Assembly: GCA_963758525.1 (NCBI GenBank)
Contig: CAVWVQ010000003.1
Location: forward strand, 2,624,001 to 2,688,000
Source of the DNA: an uncultured Phycisphaerales bacterium
GTDB taxonomy: Bacteria; Planctomycetota; Phycisphaerae; Tepidisphaerales; Tepidisphaeraceae
Direction of reading: 5' to 3'
Length of the DNA: 64,000 bases
The position numbers and the translations under genes were made by a program. Under the pieces are notes generated by a model. It did no database searches and was not told where the DNA came from. It saw only the letters and a list, made by a program, of their open reading frames with translations. Below are positions 52,780-63,600 of the stretch, one piece after another. Position 1 is the stretch's first letter. Every line of letters starts with the position of its first letter.

Positions 52780-53212
52780 ATGGCACGTTACACACTCCTG
52801 ATCTTGTTTTCCTGGCCGGCGCGGGCGGCGCGGGCATCCCGATTCAGGTCGCGTCCAATCACCGGCTGGGGGAGGCGGTCAAGTCGCCGGCGATGAGCGT
52901 GGCTATATCCTTCCTGATCGGGGGATTGGCGATGGCTCTCCTGGTCGCAACTGGATTGACAGGATCGGGACGCCTTTCGGGAGCCACTTCTGCGGCGTGG
53001 TGGGCGTGGGTGGGCGGATTGCTAAGCGCGACCTTTGGCCGCAATCGGGCGCGGGTGCGGTGATCGCCGCAACAGTGTTCGGTCAACTATTTGCCGCCGC
53101 TGTGCTGGACCACTTCGGCTGGCTCGGCGTGCCGCAGGTGCGGATCAACTGGTGGCGCGTCTGCGGCATGCTTCTTCTTCTGGGTGGTGCGCTGCTGATG
53201 CAAACGAAATGA
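52780..53212 (+). pseudogene. DMT/YdcZ (DUF606) transporter, frameshifted
   Basis: IPIQVASN, WWAWVGG and GQL...LDHFGWLG lie in different frames. Confidence 0.75.
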
Positions 53213-53324
53213 TGTCATGCCCGCTATCGACGGCGCAAACGCTTCGGAGTCGGGCATGATGTCGTTTAATGGATGCATAACGAATCGCGAGTCTCGCCAG
53301 CCCATTTCCGCGTAAACTCCATGC

Positions 53325-53579
53325 ATGCGATGCGATGAGGTATCAGCCTGGCAAGCGCAGAAAATTTCGTCGTGGCTCACGCCAACCCTCGTGAGGCTGG
53401 TCAAGCTTCACGCCCGTATGGTTGCGAACGACTTCTCCGATAGCGATCCGTTGATGGCGAAAGTCGTAGCGGCCAAAGAGGCCGTGCGCGAATTGCAAGT
53501 GCAGTTGCATGATTTGGAAGCGAAGCGGCAACGGTCAGAAGAAGCGCCGACATGGTTGAAGGCGCGTGGCGTTGATTAA
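53325..53579 (+). CDS. Small hypothetical protein
   Basis: Compact helical ORF. Confidence 0.5.
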   Translation: MRCDEVSAWQAQKISSWLTPTLVRLVKLHARMVANDFSDSDPLMAKVVAAKEAVRELQVQLHDLEAKRQRSEEAPTWLKARGVD

Positions 53580-53606
53580 TCTGGTTCCATCGAACGACAA
53601 CGGAGA

Positions 53607-53890
53607 GTGCTGATGCGCCGCTCGCGTTTCTATGCCGGCATACTCATGGTGCTGTTGACGGCTGCTGGCATCACATCAGCGGACACCCTCAAGGTCGGGC
53701 CGGGCGAGAAGTTCGCCAAGCCTTCGCAGGCGTTTGCCGCCGCCGCGGAAGGCGATGTCATTGAAATCGCGGCCGGCGAATACAGGGGTGACGTCGCCAT
53801 CATTCAAACTAATAAGCTTCTGATTCGTGGGATGGGCAGACAACCCGTGAAAATCCCCGCCGATGGCAAGAACGCTGGCGGCAAGGCTCG
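53607..53890 (+). pseudogene. Truncated secreted beta-helix-type protein
   Basis: Signal peptide, TLKVGPG...GDVIEIAAGEY; sequence degenerates after GGKA. Confidence 0.55.
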
Positions 53891-54470
53891 ATCGCGCAGG
53901 GGCTCGATCGGACGTCGTCGCCAACGGATACGATCCTTGCAGTCCAATTTAGTGGCGAAGTCAAGCGGGTGTGGGAGACTGTCACACAACAGCAATGATT
54001 AACCCAATCAAACTGATCGTCCTCATCATGGCAACCTCTGGCGCGGCAGCCGCGGCCCAGGCGGAGAACGGCCAACCGCTGCTGCTCTCCTACGGCGATA
54101 CCTGCATCGGGACTTAGTCGAGACCCCCAGGGAGGGGGACCAGACTATGGCCATCCCCCAATCGCTGCTCGCGGCCAAACGCTGTGCAAACGATGTTGAT
54201 GAACTCTGGTGGAATCCGAATCCAGGTTCGCCGGGAACGCCAAAGGTCCTCATCGGAAAGGCGGATGACGGCGCTGCCCATCATCAATAGGAGCAACACT
54301 AATTAGTCAAACACGGATCGTATCGGTGGCTTGACCGCTCACGCCGCTCCCGCCTGGCCCGCTGCCAATGCTGATACGCCGTCGCCGGCGGCGTCGAGAA
54401 CTTCCAGCGATATAGGCCTTGCATTATTCCCGTGTGGAACGGGGCGGGTTAATCCACGCCCGAACTGCAT

Positions 54471-54944
54471 CTAAGGAGCAACAGCCACCACCCCGACATT
54501 CGGATCATCGGGGCACGGTACCTGCAGGACGCTCCGGCTTTTGTCATTCGCCTGATCCACCCAATCCTTATCACCCGGCTTCTTAATCAATACCTCTGAA
54601 GGGGAGAGCCCCATTGCCGTTATGCCAGCGGCATGCATCCGCTCCAGTTCATCCTTTCCTTTTGGCGAGTACTTCAGGAGATACCCTGCAAATTCCTTCT
54701 TACCGCAACTGAAGACGTAGCACTGAACCGCTTCTTTGCCGTTGTGATCCACGGGCGCGACGAGCTTGCTGTTGTCAGCAAACCAGGTTTTTCCGTCATC
54801 GACCGTGAAGAACACGCTGGCCGGGCCCAGCTGGCGGTGAGAACGGAGTTGCGAGATCGAGACCGCAATTGCAATCACGGCAGCCGCGATCACTGCGGCG
54901 ATGAAGATAATCGGATTCCGGTTGATGGTTTCGCGCACCGACAT
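54471..54944 (-). CDS. Exported hypothetical protein, paralog of 57784-58314
   Basis: MSVRETINR, DDGKTWF, HNGK, EVLIKKPG, CP. Confidence 0.8.
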   Translation of the reverse strand: MSVRETINRNPIIFIAAVIAAAVIAIAVSISQLRSHRQLGPASVFFTVDDGKTWFADNSKLVAPVDHNGKEAVQCYVFSCGKKEFAGYLLKYSPKGKDELERMHAAGITAMGLSPSEVLIKKPGDKDWVDQANDKSRSVLQVPCPDDPNVGVVAVAP

Positions 54945-54995
54945 ATTGGGCACCTCTGGCAGGTTGATTCATCCGAACGGCGACTGACGTGTCCA

Positions 54996-56042
54996 TCACT
55001 GATCCGGCGTATTCATTCTGATCTTGTCGTCGTCCCAGTTGAGGTAATAGTGCTCGATGTACGCGATGCCCGAGTTCCAGGTCGGCCCGCCGTTGGCTGC
55101 TATATTCGGCGTTGCGGTTGTTGACGTCCACGGCTGCCATGTCCATCGGTCGTGATTGCAGTTGGTATAGTAGCCGCCCCAGGTGGTGTGATCGGAGGTC
55201 GCGGGAGAGCCAAGCGGAATATTCCCGTACCCTCCCCGATTACCCTGGGAAAAGCTCTTCTCCAGATTATCGCTGGAATCGGAGAGGATCTGGGCGGACC
55301 CGTCGAAGAACGCGCAGGAGAGTCCCTTGTTATGACCGACTTGCAACAGCGCGTCCTTTCTCCAGAAACTGCCAGTCCAGGCTTCCCAGAAGATGTCCAT
55401 CACCATCGGAGTATCCGGAGCGGCCCGGGTGATGTTGTGAGCCCAGGCCCAGTTGCACTTTCGCTGAGCTCCCGAACCTATGTTCGCTGCCACCGAGGGA
55501 GCATAAGCTGTATCGGCAATGGCGACGATGTAGCCCCCGTTCAGGTCGCCGTTAAACGCGCCACCAGGCCATGCGCCATTCCACAAGCCTGGATTCCACG
55601 TCGTTCCATCGCTGATGCTGGTCAACTGCGGAGCCGATTGCCAGTCGAAGCTCCACAGATCATCAGATGCCCGGCCCGGGCAATAGCAAAGATGCACATC
55701 GGTCAAATAGTTGCGGTAGAGCAGCGTTCCAGCTCCAGTCGGCCAGGTCTTGATGGCCCCGTTCACATAAATCTTTTGGGCAGGGCTGCAGCGCAGGAAG
55801 AACGTGTACCCGACCGGCCATCCCGTTCCATCGACGATGTTCGCGGGGAGTGAGCCCTTATTCTCGTTGGCATACATCAGATTGGCGGCCGCGATCTGCC
55901 GGACATTGCTGAGACACTGAATCTGTCTCGCTGCCTGCCGCGCCTTGCTGAGCGCGGGCAACAGGAGACTGACCAGTATCGCGATAATGCCAATCACGAC
56001 GAGCAACTCAACAAGAGTCAAACCGTTTCTTGGTTTCCGCAT
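54996..56042 (-). CDS. Prepilin-type N-terminal cleavage/methylation protein (DUF1559-like)
   Basis: [14 protein letters not shown]...CLSN; H-x9-DG motif. Confidence 0.9.
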   Translation of the reverse strand: MRKPRNGLTLVELLVVIGIIAILVSLLLPALSKARQAARQIQCLSNVRQIAAANLMYANENKGSLPANIVDGTGWPVGYTFFLRCSPAQKIYVNGAIKTWPTGAGTLLYRNYLTDVHLCYCPGRASDDLWSFDWQSAPQLTSISDGTTWNPGLWNGAWPGGAFNGDLNGGYIVAIADTAYAPSVAANIGSGAQRKCNWAWAHNITRAAPDTPMVMDIFWEAWTGSFWRKDALLQVGHNKGLSCAFFDGSAQILSDSSDNLEKSFSQGNRGGYGNIPLGSPATSDHTTWGGYYTNCNHDRWTWQPWTSTTATPNIAANGGPTWNSGIAYIEHYYLNWDDDKIRMNTPDQ

Positions 56043-56130
56043 ATTTGCACGTGCGAACTATTTGAGCCGTGGATCGCCCAGCGACACGAGACATGGATGC
56101 AATGGTTTCACAAGCTTCCCGGTGAAAAAC

Positions 56131-56865
56131 TCACTGCGTCGCGACGTTGTCCCCGTAGAACTCATTGACGGTGCGGACCCACTCGTCGGCCAGAAGTTGC
56201 TGGCCGCTGAAGGTGGGATGAACTCCGTCCCAGATCCAGTAATCCGCCGGGGCGCGCTTGCAGGCATCTTCGTACACGTTCTGCAGTTTCACGAGGGGCG
56301 CATGGTACTTCGTTGCGAGATTCGCGACGATCTCCTGCCGCTTGAGCAATTCCATGTGGTATGCGTCCCAGTTCTCTTTCTTCTTGCCAGTGGGCAATCC
56401 GAATGGCTCGCACAATACCAGGCGCACGTGCGGCAATGCCTTGACCGTCTCAGCCAGCAATTCGTCGTAGCGCTGCTGGTAATCAGCTGCGCTGACGCCG
56501 CCGTTGAGATCGTTGACCCCGACCAGAATGCTCAGGATGTCGGGCTTGAGATTGAGCGTGTCTGTCTTCCACCGCGCCGCAAGATCATTGACCTTATTTC
56601 CGCTCACGCCCCGGTTAATGAACGTCAGATGTCGCTCCGGAAGCATCGCGCCATATTTGGCTCCGATGATAAACGCGTAGCTATGGCCCAGCACGTGATT
56701 GGGATCGGCGCTTCGACCGCGATTCATGTCGGTAATCGAGTCACCTTGAAAGAGGATGACGTTCCCTTCCTTAAAGGCAGGCATCTCGTTCTTCTCGGCC
56801 GCTGAGGCAATTACAGCTCCAACCAATGGGACGAGACTGGCGATTAAGGTGAGGTAATGTCGCAT
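56131..56865 (-). CDS. SGNH/GDSL hydrolase, secreted
   Basis: GDSITD, NRGVSG, GVND, DGVHP. Confidence 0.92.
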   Translation of the reverse strand: MRHYLTLIASLVPLVGAVIASAAEKNEMPAFKEGNVILFQGDSITDMNRGRSADPNHVLGHSYAFIIGAKYGAMLPERHLTFINRGVSGNKVNDLAARWKTDTLNLKPDILSILVGVNDLNGGVSAADYQQRYDELLAETVKALPHVRLVLCEPFGLPTGKKKENWDAYHMELLKRQEIVANLATKYHAPLVKLQNVYEDACKRAPADYWIWDGVHPTFSGQQLLADEWVRTVNEFYGDNVATQ

Positions 56866-56879
56866 TTCAAGCGTGTCCT

Positions 56880-57698
56880 TTAGTACCACCACCACTGCCC
56901 CCATTGCTGGCCGTTCCAGTGCTCCGCGGACATATTGCCGACTGCTGAGCTGGCTGCATTATTAAGAGGGTTGACATAAGGTGCCGTGACCCACTCCCCG
57001 TGACCATCGGTAAACACCTGATTCGCTCCCGATACGTGCATCAAGCCCGCTGCGTCCTGATAAAATGCGTGGTTGATTGTCCATCCAACGCGGAACGGGT
57101 CCGCCGTCGCATATTGAACAATGTCGCCGAAGAGCGGGAGCGGTGCCCCATTGTTGGTTGAATCGACGGATTCGAGTCCGATGCGAGTAGGGCGCATCGC
57201 CGCCTTCCTCTCATATGATTGAATGGGCGGCAACCCCCACCCGTTGCCGAAATACATGTACGAAGTGCATACTGTATCAAAATAGACGAAATTGTTGCGC
57301 GTGTTGAAGTACGGGTTGCTGGGACATTCCCAGACTTCGCTGATGGCCTTCGGCTGATCGGTCACTGTGCCCGGGTCAGGGTAACCCATGGCAATGTACA
57401 TCCGAGTGATCATCCCGTTCACCCACATCGCCGATTGTGCCGGATTGTATTTGAATGAGTTGGTTCCGTTCTGGTGATTGCGCAGATCGAGCGGATAGCG
57501 TCCCTTGTTCTCGTTGGCATACATGATGGCGCTCAATCCGATCTGCCGAAGATTGCTCAGGCACTTGGTTTTATTGGCGGAATCGCGGGCCCTGGCCAGC
57601 GCCGGGAGGAGAAGCCCAATCAGCACCGCGATAATGCCGACTACCACCAATAGCTCAACAAGGGTAAAGCCGCTGCGAGTCTGCTCCGCTCGAACCAT
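56880..57698 (-). CDS. Prepilin-type N-terminal cleavage/methylation protein
   Basis: [14 protein letters not shown]...[15 protein letters not shown]. Confidence 0.9.
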   Translation of the reverse strand: MVRAEQTRSGFTLVELLVVVGIIAVLIGLLLPALARARDSANKTKCLSNLRQIGLSAIMYANENKGRYPLDLRNHQNGTNSFKYNPAQSAMWVNGMITRMYIAMGYPDPGTVTDQPKAISEVWECPSNPYFNTRNNFVYFDTVCTSYMYFGNGWGLPPIQSYERKAAMRPTRIGLESVDSTNNGAPLPLFGDIVQYATADPFRVGWTINHAFYQDAAGLMHVSGANQVFTDGHGEWVTAPYVNPLNNAASSAVGNMSAEHWNGQQWGQWWWY

Positions 57699-57783
57699 AA
57701 TCAACCTCGTGCTTTCTGCGGCGCGATCCAATTCGCGATTGCCGTAAAGCATAAGTGGCTGTCGGTGGTTGGCAGGCCTGCTC

Positions 57784-58314
57784 TCACTTGGTCGCTCCGT
57801 TGTCAGAATCAATGGGAGAGACCGGCACGAGACCCTCGGATCCACCGCCAGGACAAACCGGGGTGATGATGCGGAGGTATTCCTTGTAGGCAACGGGCTT
57901 CGTGATATCGCCTTGCACCCATATTATCTCCGCCGGTCGCTTCACTTCCATCGGTTCATCAATCATATCCGCTGCCGGCTTGTTTGCAGCGAATGCCGCA
58001 GTGATCCGCGCCTTTGCGGCATCGCTGTAGCGTTCAAGATAGCCAACGAACGGCCTGCCTGCCCCGCAGCGAAAGACCTCCGCCCGGACTGCTTGTTTAC
58101 CGTTGTGATCGAATGGCGCAAGCCTGGATCGATCGTCGATGAACCACGTTTTGCCGTCGTCGTCAGAATAAAACACCTTTGCGATTGAAACCGCAGCGCT
58201 CGCCCTTCCCTTCAAAAGCTGGATGAGAATAAACGTCAGCGCGATGAGAATCGCGACCACCGAAGCGGCCATCAAAAGTTTCTGCTGTCGGTTGATCGTA
58301 TCACGCACACTCAT
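57784..58314 (-). CDS. Exported hypothetical protein, paralog of 54471-54944
   Basis: [27 protein letters not shown]. Confidence 0.8.
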   Translation of the reverse strand: MSVRDTINRQQKLLMAASVVAILIALTFILIQLLKGRASAAVSIAKVFYSDDDGKTWFIDDRSRLAPFDHNGKQAVRAEVFRCGAGRPFVGYLERYSDAAKARITAAFAANKPAADMIDEPMEVKRPAEIIWVQGDITKPVAYKEYLRIITPVCPGGGSEGLVPVSPIDSDNGATK

Positions 58315-58333
58315 TTGGATTCTGCACCAGCGA

Positions 58334-59941
58334 CTATTTGAGCCGTGGGTCGCCCAGCGAGACGACATCCCAGTCTAAACCATCACCTCCGTCGGTCGAT
58401 ACCAATGTCAGCGAATGCGCGGCGGGTTCGATGGGAACGTCAACGTCGAACGGCGGGTCCATGAGATGGATCAATTTGTGTGAACGGAGATCGCCGTCCA
58501 CGAACACCCAGAACTCCGATCGATCGGAGACTTTCCGACCAGTTCGTTCGACATATGCATTGATGTTCACGCACACAGCCACAAAATGCGAGAACGGCCG
58601 GTTGGGGTGCGCATTGCGAAGGGCATCGAGATCGAAGGTAATCCCTTTGTTTGCATGGAGCCGGAGTAATCGATGACCCGAGGAGGCGTAATCGATCGCC
58701 CCGATCCTGCCCGTGTTTGTCGGCTCAATACCCACCCGTGTCTCGATGTTTCCGGGCCAAATGTCCTGATATGCAAGATTGCAGGTCGGCGGAAAAATGT
58801 ACTGATCTCCAGCCGCGTCGAGCGTGTCAGGCTTTGGCCCGCCATGCGGGATGAAGACGCCCAATGGCAGGGAGGGACAGGGATGGAACTTCCCATCCCC
58901 GGGAACGCCGCGATTCAGTGCGGTCTGAACGCTGCGCTTATCTGTCGGCACCGGAAGGATCGTCCCACTCGCGATATCGATCCCGCCATTCGACTGGCGC
59001 TGCGTTCCGTCTCCGCCGGCGATCAGGTCCACCAGATCAATTGCCGGGACATCCTGGACAAAGTTTCCCGTGTGGCACTCAATCCTTTGCGCCGAACTGA
59101 CGCCCACATCGACGCGGGCGGCCTGCTCGGCCGAGAGGAGCAGCGCGGCTCCGCCGGCCTTGGGCGTTACTTCAACCGTGCCGCGGATGACATGCGTTTC
59201 GGTATTGCCTGCCTTGTCCACGATGATGCCGAACTCGGTGCCCAGATCGACGGTGCGTGAGGAAGGAGTCACAATGGTAAATCCGTGGGCGTTGGGAGGT
59301 ACGCTCACCGTGATTTTGCCGAGTTGGAGCGAGACGCTGTTCTGAGATTGAATTTCGAAATGAGAGGGCCCCTCGACCACGAGTGAAACGCCATTGTCCA
59401 GGCGGATCTGGGCCAACCCGCTGGCCAGTTGCAGCGGTCCAGCAGGAAGGGGCTGCCCGTCGTGTGGTGGCTGAACTGCGGTGTCCCAGACGGCCGAGGC
59501 GCTGGCGACCAGATCTCCGCCGGGTTTGGCGGGACGAAGAATCGACCAGAGCACAATACCAACAAGAACCGGGATCGCTATTGCAGCGGCGAGCCGCCAA
59601 AGCCGGCGCTGTGACGAAGATTTTGGCGGCGCGACGGGCGTTGTGGCAGGGGGCTGGGGTGATGCATCGGGTGCCGCGTCGGAGCTGGCCTCGTTTTCAG
59701 GTTCCAGCGTGATGGAAGGAAGAATCATCGCGTCGTCAAGTGAAGTGCCCAGAGAGGCGGTTTCTTCCAGAAGCTGGCGACCGCGCATGACCTGGCGCAG
59801 GCGCTGGTGGATCATCGACGCTCTGGTCACGATCCTGGCGTGAAGGGGATCTTCCTTCACCCAACGGCAGAGTTCAGCCGCCTCGGCTTCGTCCAGAAGC
59901 CCGTCGAAGTGTTTATCGAGAATTTCCATCGGGTCTTTCAT
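58334..59941 (-). CDS. FecR-like anti-sigma factor with C-terminal NPCBM-like domain
   Basis: TM helix, LVVEGPS...TVDLGTEFG FecR, LHANKGITFDL...GDPRL. Confidence 0.88.
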   Translation of the reverse strand: MKDPMEILDKHFDGLLDEAEAAELCRWVKEDPLHARIVTRASMIHQRLRQVMRGRQLLEETASLGTSLDDAMILPSITLEPENEASSDAAPDASPQPPATTPVAPPKSSSQRRLWRLAAAIAIPVLVGIVLWSILRPAKPGGDLVASASAVWDTAVQPPHDGQPLPAGPLQLASGLAQIRLDNGVSLVVEGPSHFEIQSQNSVSLQLGKITVSVPPNAHGFTIVTPSSRTVDLGTEFGIIVDKAGNTETHVIRGTVEVTPKAGGAALLLSAEQAARVDVGVSSAQRIECHTGNFVQDVPAIDLVDLIAGGDGTQRQSNGGIDIASGTILPVPTDKRSVQTALNRGVPGDGKFHPCPSLPLGVFIPHGGPKPDTLDAAGDQYIFPPTCNLAYQDIWPGNIETRVGIEPTNTGRIGAIDYASSGHRLLRLHANKGITFDLDALRNAHPNRPFSHFVAVCVNINAYVERTGRKVSDRSEFWVFVDGDLRSHKLIHLMDPPFDVDVPIEPAAHSLTLVSTDGGDGLDWDVVSLGDPRLK

Positions 59942-59945
59942 GCAG

Positions 59946-60455
59946 TTACGACGCCATCCTCGCCTCTATACAGTCGCGCAGCGCCGCGCGCACGCGGTGC
60001 AGCGCGACATTAATCGCCCGAATATTGCTCCCCATCCGGCGGGCGATGTCATTGGGTTTGAGATTCTCCTGATAGCGCATTTCAACAAGATTCCGCGCCT
60101 TGTTCGCCAGCCGTTTGAGGCAGTGATCCATCGCATCGTGCAGGGGGCCCTGTTCGTGCTGAGCCTGGACGTGAGCCTCGGCCAGGGCCTGCAGGGCCTC
60201 CGAATCGAAGACCAACTTGTCGGCCGACTGACGCCGGTGCGAGTCCATCGCTTTGTTGCGGGCGATCCCGATGACCCAGGCATTGAACGACTGTGGCACG
60301 CTCCGCGACGGTTCGTGCGAAAGGACCGCCGCCGCCACTTCCTGCAAAACGTCCTGGGCGTCGTGGTAATCGGGAATCAGCAGTGATATGTAGGAATCAA
60401 CCAGCGGCTGAGCCGCCGCCCATTTCCTGGCGACATCTTCAATCGCGCTGTTCAT
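59946..60455 (-). CDS. ECF sigma-70 factor
   Basis: DAQDVLQE, FNAWVIGIARN, ALHRVRAALRDC. Confidence 0.92.
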   Translation of the reverse strand: MNSAIEDVARKWAAAQPLVDSYISLLIPDYHDAQDVLQEVAAAVLSHEPSRSVPQSFNAWVIGIARNKAMDSHRRQSADKLVFDSEALQALAEAHVQAQHEQGPLHDAMDHCLKRLANKARNLVEMRYQENLKPNDIARRMGSNIRAINVALHRVRAALRDCIEARMAS

Positions 60456-60674
60456 GCGGGAAGTCTCCCGAAATGCCTCAGACAGGTCCGAATCGCCTAA
60501 TCCATCATCCCTCGCCACTTATTACGTCGCAACTGATACCCCGATTCTTACAACGAAATGCCCATTTTTATTTTTCTGTAAGAATTTACCGGCCAATTAC
60601 GACGTAATGGGGAACGCCGGTATGTCTGGCAACGGCGTTACATTCCAGGTTTTGCGAAGGAACGGTGGAGAGAG

Positions 60675-63600
60675 ATGCAAAATCGCAACGAGGTCATCGG
60701 CGGACGAACTATCTCCCGTACACTCAGACGCCGGCAGAAGGCAACCCGACGCATGCCGCTGGCAGCTGCCGCGGCGGCAGCAATCGCCTCGGTCTTCCAC
60801 TCCGGGATGGCCAAAGCGAACACTGCCGACAACGTCACCAACGGACAGTCCGACCTGGGTGCGTCGGGAACGTATGGAGGTGGGTCGCCCACCACTTCCA
60901 GCGATGTGACATTCACCAACGTGACCTACAGCCCAACAGCATTTACGCTAAACACCAACGCGGCCAACCCAAACATTGGCACACTGGATGACTTGGACGC
61001 TACCCAGACGCTCACGATCCAAAACACGACCAGTGGCTCCACCACCACGATTACATTGAACGGCGGCTCCAATTCGACCGCTTCACCGGCGAACGCCGCT
61101 GACCTGCTTTATGTCGCCTCCGGCGGCACGCTCTCGATGGGTACGGCTGGGGCTGGCACCCTGGGTCTGGCGCTGGCATCCAGCGGGAACTTCGATATTG
61201 CCGGCACCGCCAACGTCACTTCGGCCATCTCCGGCAGCGGCTTTGGCTTCACCAAGACCGGAGCGGGTTCGCTGACGCTCTCAGGCCCAAACACCTATAC
61301 TGGCAATACCGGCGTCGCGATGGGCAATACGACCGGATTAAACACCTCCAGCATCCTCAATCTCTCCTATGCAGCGAACCAGACGAACATCATCAATAAC
61401 GCCGCGAACAGCTCGGCCCTCATCCTTGGCGGCAGCCTGACTTCGGACGCGACTACTGTTCTCGGTGGAGGTCGATTGACCCTCACGGGCGTCGCCACCA
61501 GCACGAACACTCAGAGCTTCAATGGCATGACGGTCGGAACCGGCGGCAACAACATCGTCTTTGCGAACAATGCAACCGCGAACACGATCGCCCTCAATGT
61601 GGGCGCCATCAGCCGGACTGTGGGCGGCACGCTGCACATCACGCAACCGACCGGCACGGTTTCGGCCTCGAACGGTGTGGCGACCACGACCGGCACGGCG
61701 AGCACGATCCTGACGGACGCGAACGGAACGGCCTACGCCACCGTCGGAGGAACCGCAGCGGCGGCGGGAGATTGGGCGGCAAAAGATGCGACCAACGGCT
61801 TCATTGTCGGCGGTTCGACGCTTGGCGGTTTTTACACTACTGCGACTTCCGCTGCGACCTTCAGCGGAAATGCGGATGTGACGACCGGATTCACTGCGAC
61901 TGCCGGCACGACGGTCGCTAGCATCCGGATGAACAACAACACGGCCCAAACGCTGAATATCAACAGTAGCGGCAATACGACCGTGAGCACGGGCGGCATT
62001 CTCTTCGGATCGACGGGCAACTCAGTCATCACCGGCACGGTCACTGCCAAGCTGATCGCAGGCGCTGGCAAAGAACTCGTCTTCATCAACACCAGCACCG
62101 GCACGCCGCAGATTAATGCAGTCATTGGCGATAGCACTTCGGGTGCTAGCAGCGTCACCTACCGCGCTCTGCAGCTTACTTCGGGCAACGGACAGTTCCA
62201 AGTCGGCAGCGCCGGCAACACCTACACTGGCAACACCTACATCGAGAGCGGTCGGGTTCAAACGGCCGTCAGCACTGCGTTCGGCACCGGTGCCGGTGCA
62301 AACGTTTACATCGATGGAAACACCAACGGCCAAGCCTATCTTGTCGGCGGCACGTATGCCAACCACTTCTACCTCGTCGGCAACGGCTGGAATGAGAGTG
62401 GCGGTCCTTACGGAGCGCTTCGCCTTCAGGGTGCAACCGTCTCGGGTCAAGTCACTCTTCTCGGCAATGCCACGATCAGTGATCAAGGCGGAACTGGAAC
62501 CATCAGCAATGTGATCGACGACGGCGGCAATGCCTACGCACTGACCGTCAATGGCGGCAACACGCTGAATCTCAACAACGTGAATACCTATACCGGCGGC
62601 ACAACGCTGAACGCCGGTACGCTGGTCTTCGGCAACGCCTCCGCTTTTGGCAATGGAACTGTGACGCTGGCAGCCGGCACGCTCAAGGCTGGTGGCAGCG
62701 GCTTTACTCTCGCCAACAACGTCTCGGTGACCGGTGGCGCGATCTTAGATATGGCTGGAAACAATGTGGGGATCAGCGGCAACATCAGCGGCGCAACCGC
62801 CCTGAATGTTGCAACCAGCAGCCTCACTCCCACAACGTTGGCCCTCAACGGAAATAACAGCGGATACAGCGGAACAGTCACATTCGCCAATCGTGATGCG
62901 GTGAGTTTTAACTCGGCCAGCGCCGGTAGCGCCGCCGCCGCCTGGGTCTTCAACGACCCGGCCGGCGACCGCGTGAGAATCAACATCGGCAACGCCACCA
63001 TCAACTTCGGATCCATTTCCGGCAGCGGACAGATGCAAAACGACACTGGCAACTCGACGTCCATTGTCAGCGTCGGTGCTCTTGGCACGAGCACCACGTT
63101 CGGCGGAACACTGAAAAACAATGGGACCGGCATCCTTGCCCTTACCAAGGTCGGGAACGGGACGCTGACGTTGACGGGTGCGGGTAACACGTATAGCGGC
63201 GGGACAACGATTTCGTCCGGAACGTTGCGAGCCAACGTCGCCGCGGCCACGGGCACTAGTGCCGTTACAGTCTCGGCAGGCGTCTCGGGAAACTACACGG
63301 GCGGCGTGCTCGGGGGCAGCGGGACGGTCGGAGCGGTCGCGCTTGGAGCGGCGAACACCACTGCAAAGCAGGGCGGAATTATCACTGCCGGCGCCGACGG
63401 CTCGACGGCCGGGAAGCTCACCACCGGCGCGGAGACCTGGAACGGGGGCGCGGTCTATAACTGGAAGGTCACGAACGCCGGGACGGGTGTCACCGGTGCG
63501 CCGACTAAGACCAGCGCCCAGACCGGCGGAAATTCGACAACCTGGGACGATCTGGCCATCGGCGGCGCGTTGACCGTCGGCTCTTCGGGTTCGCCGATCA

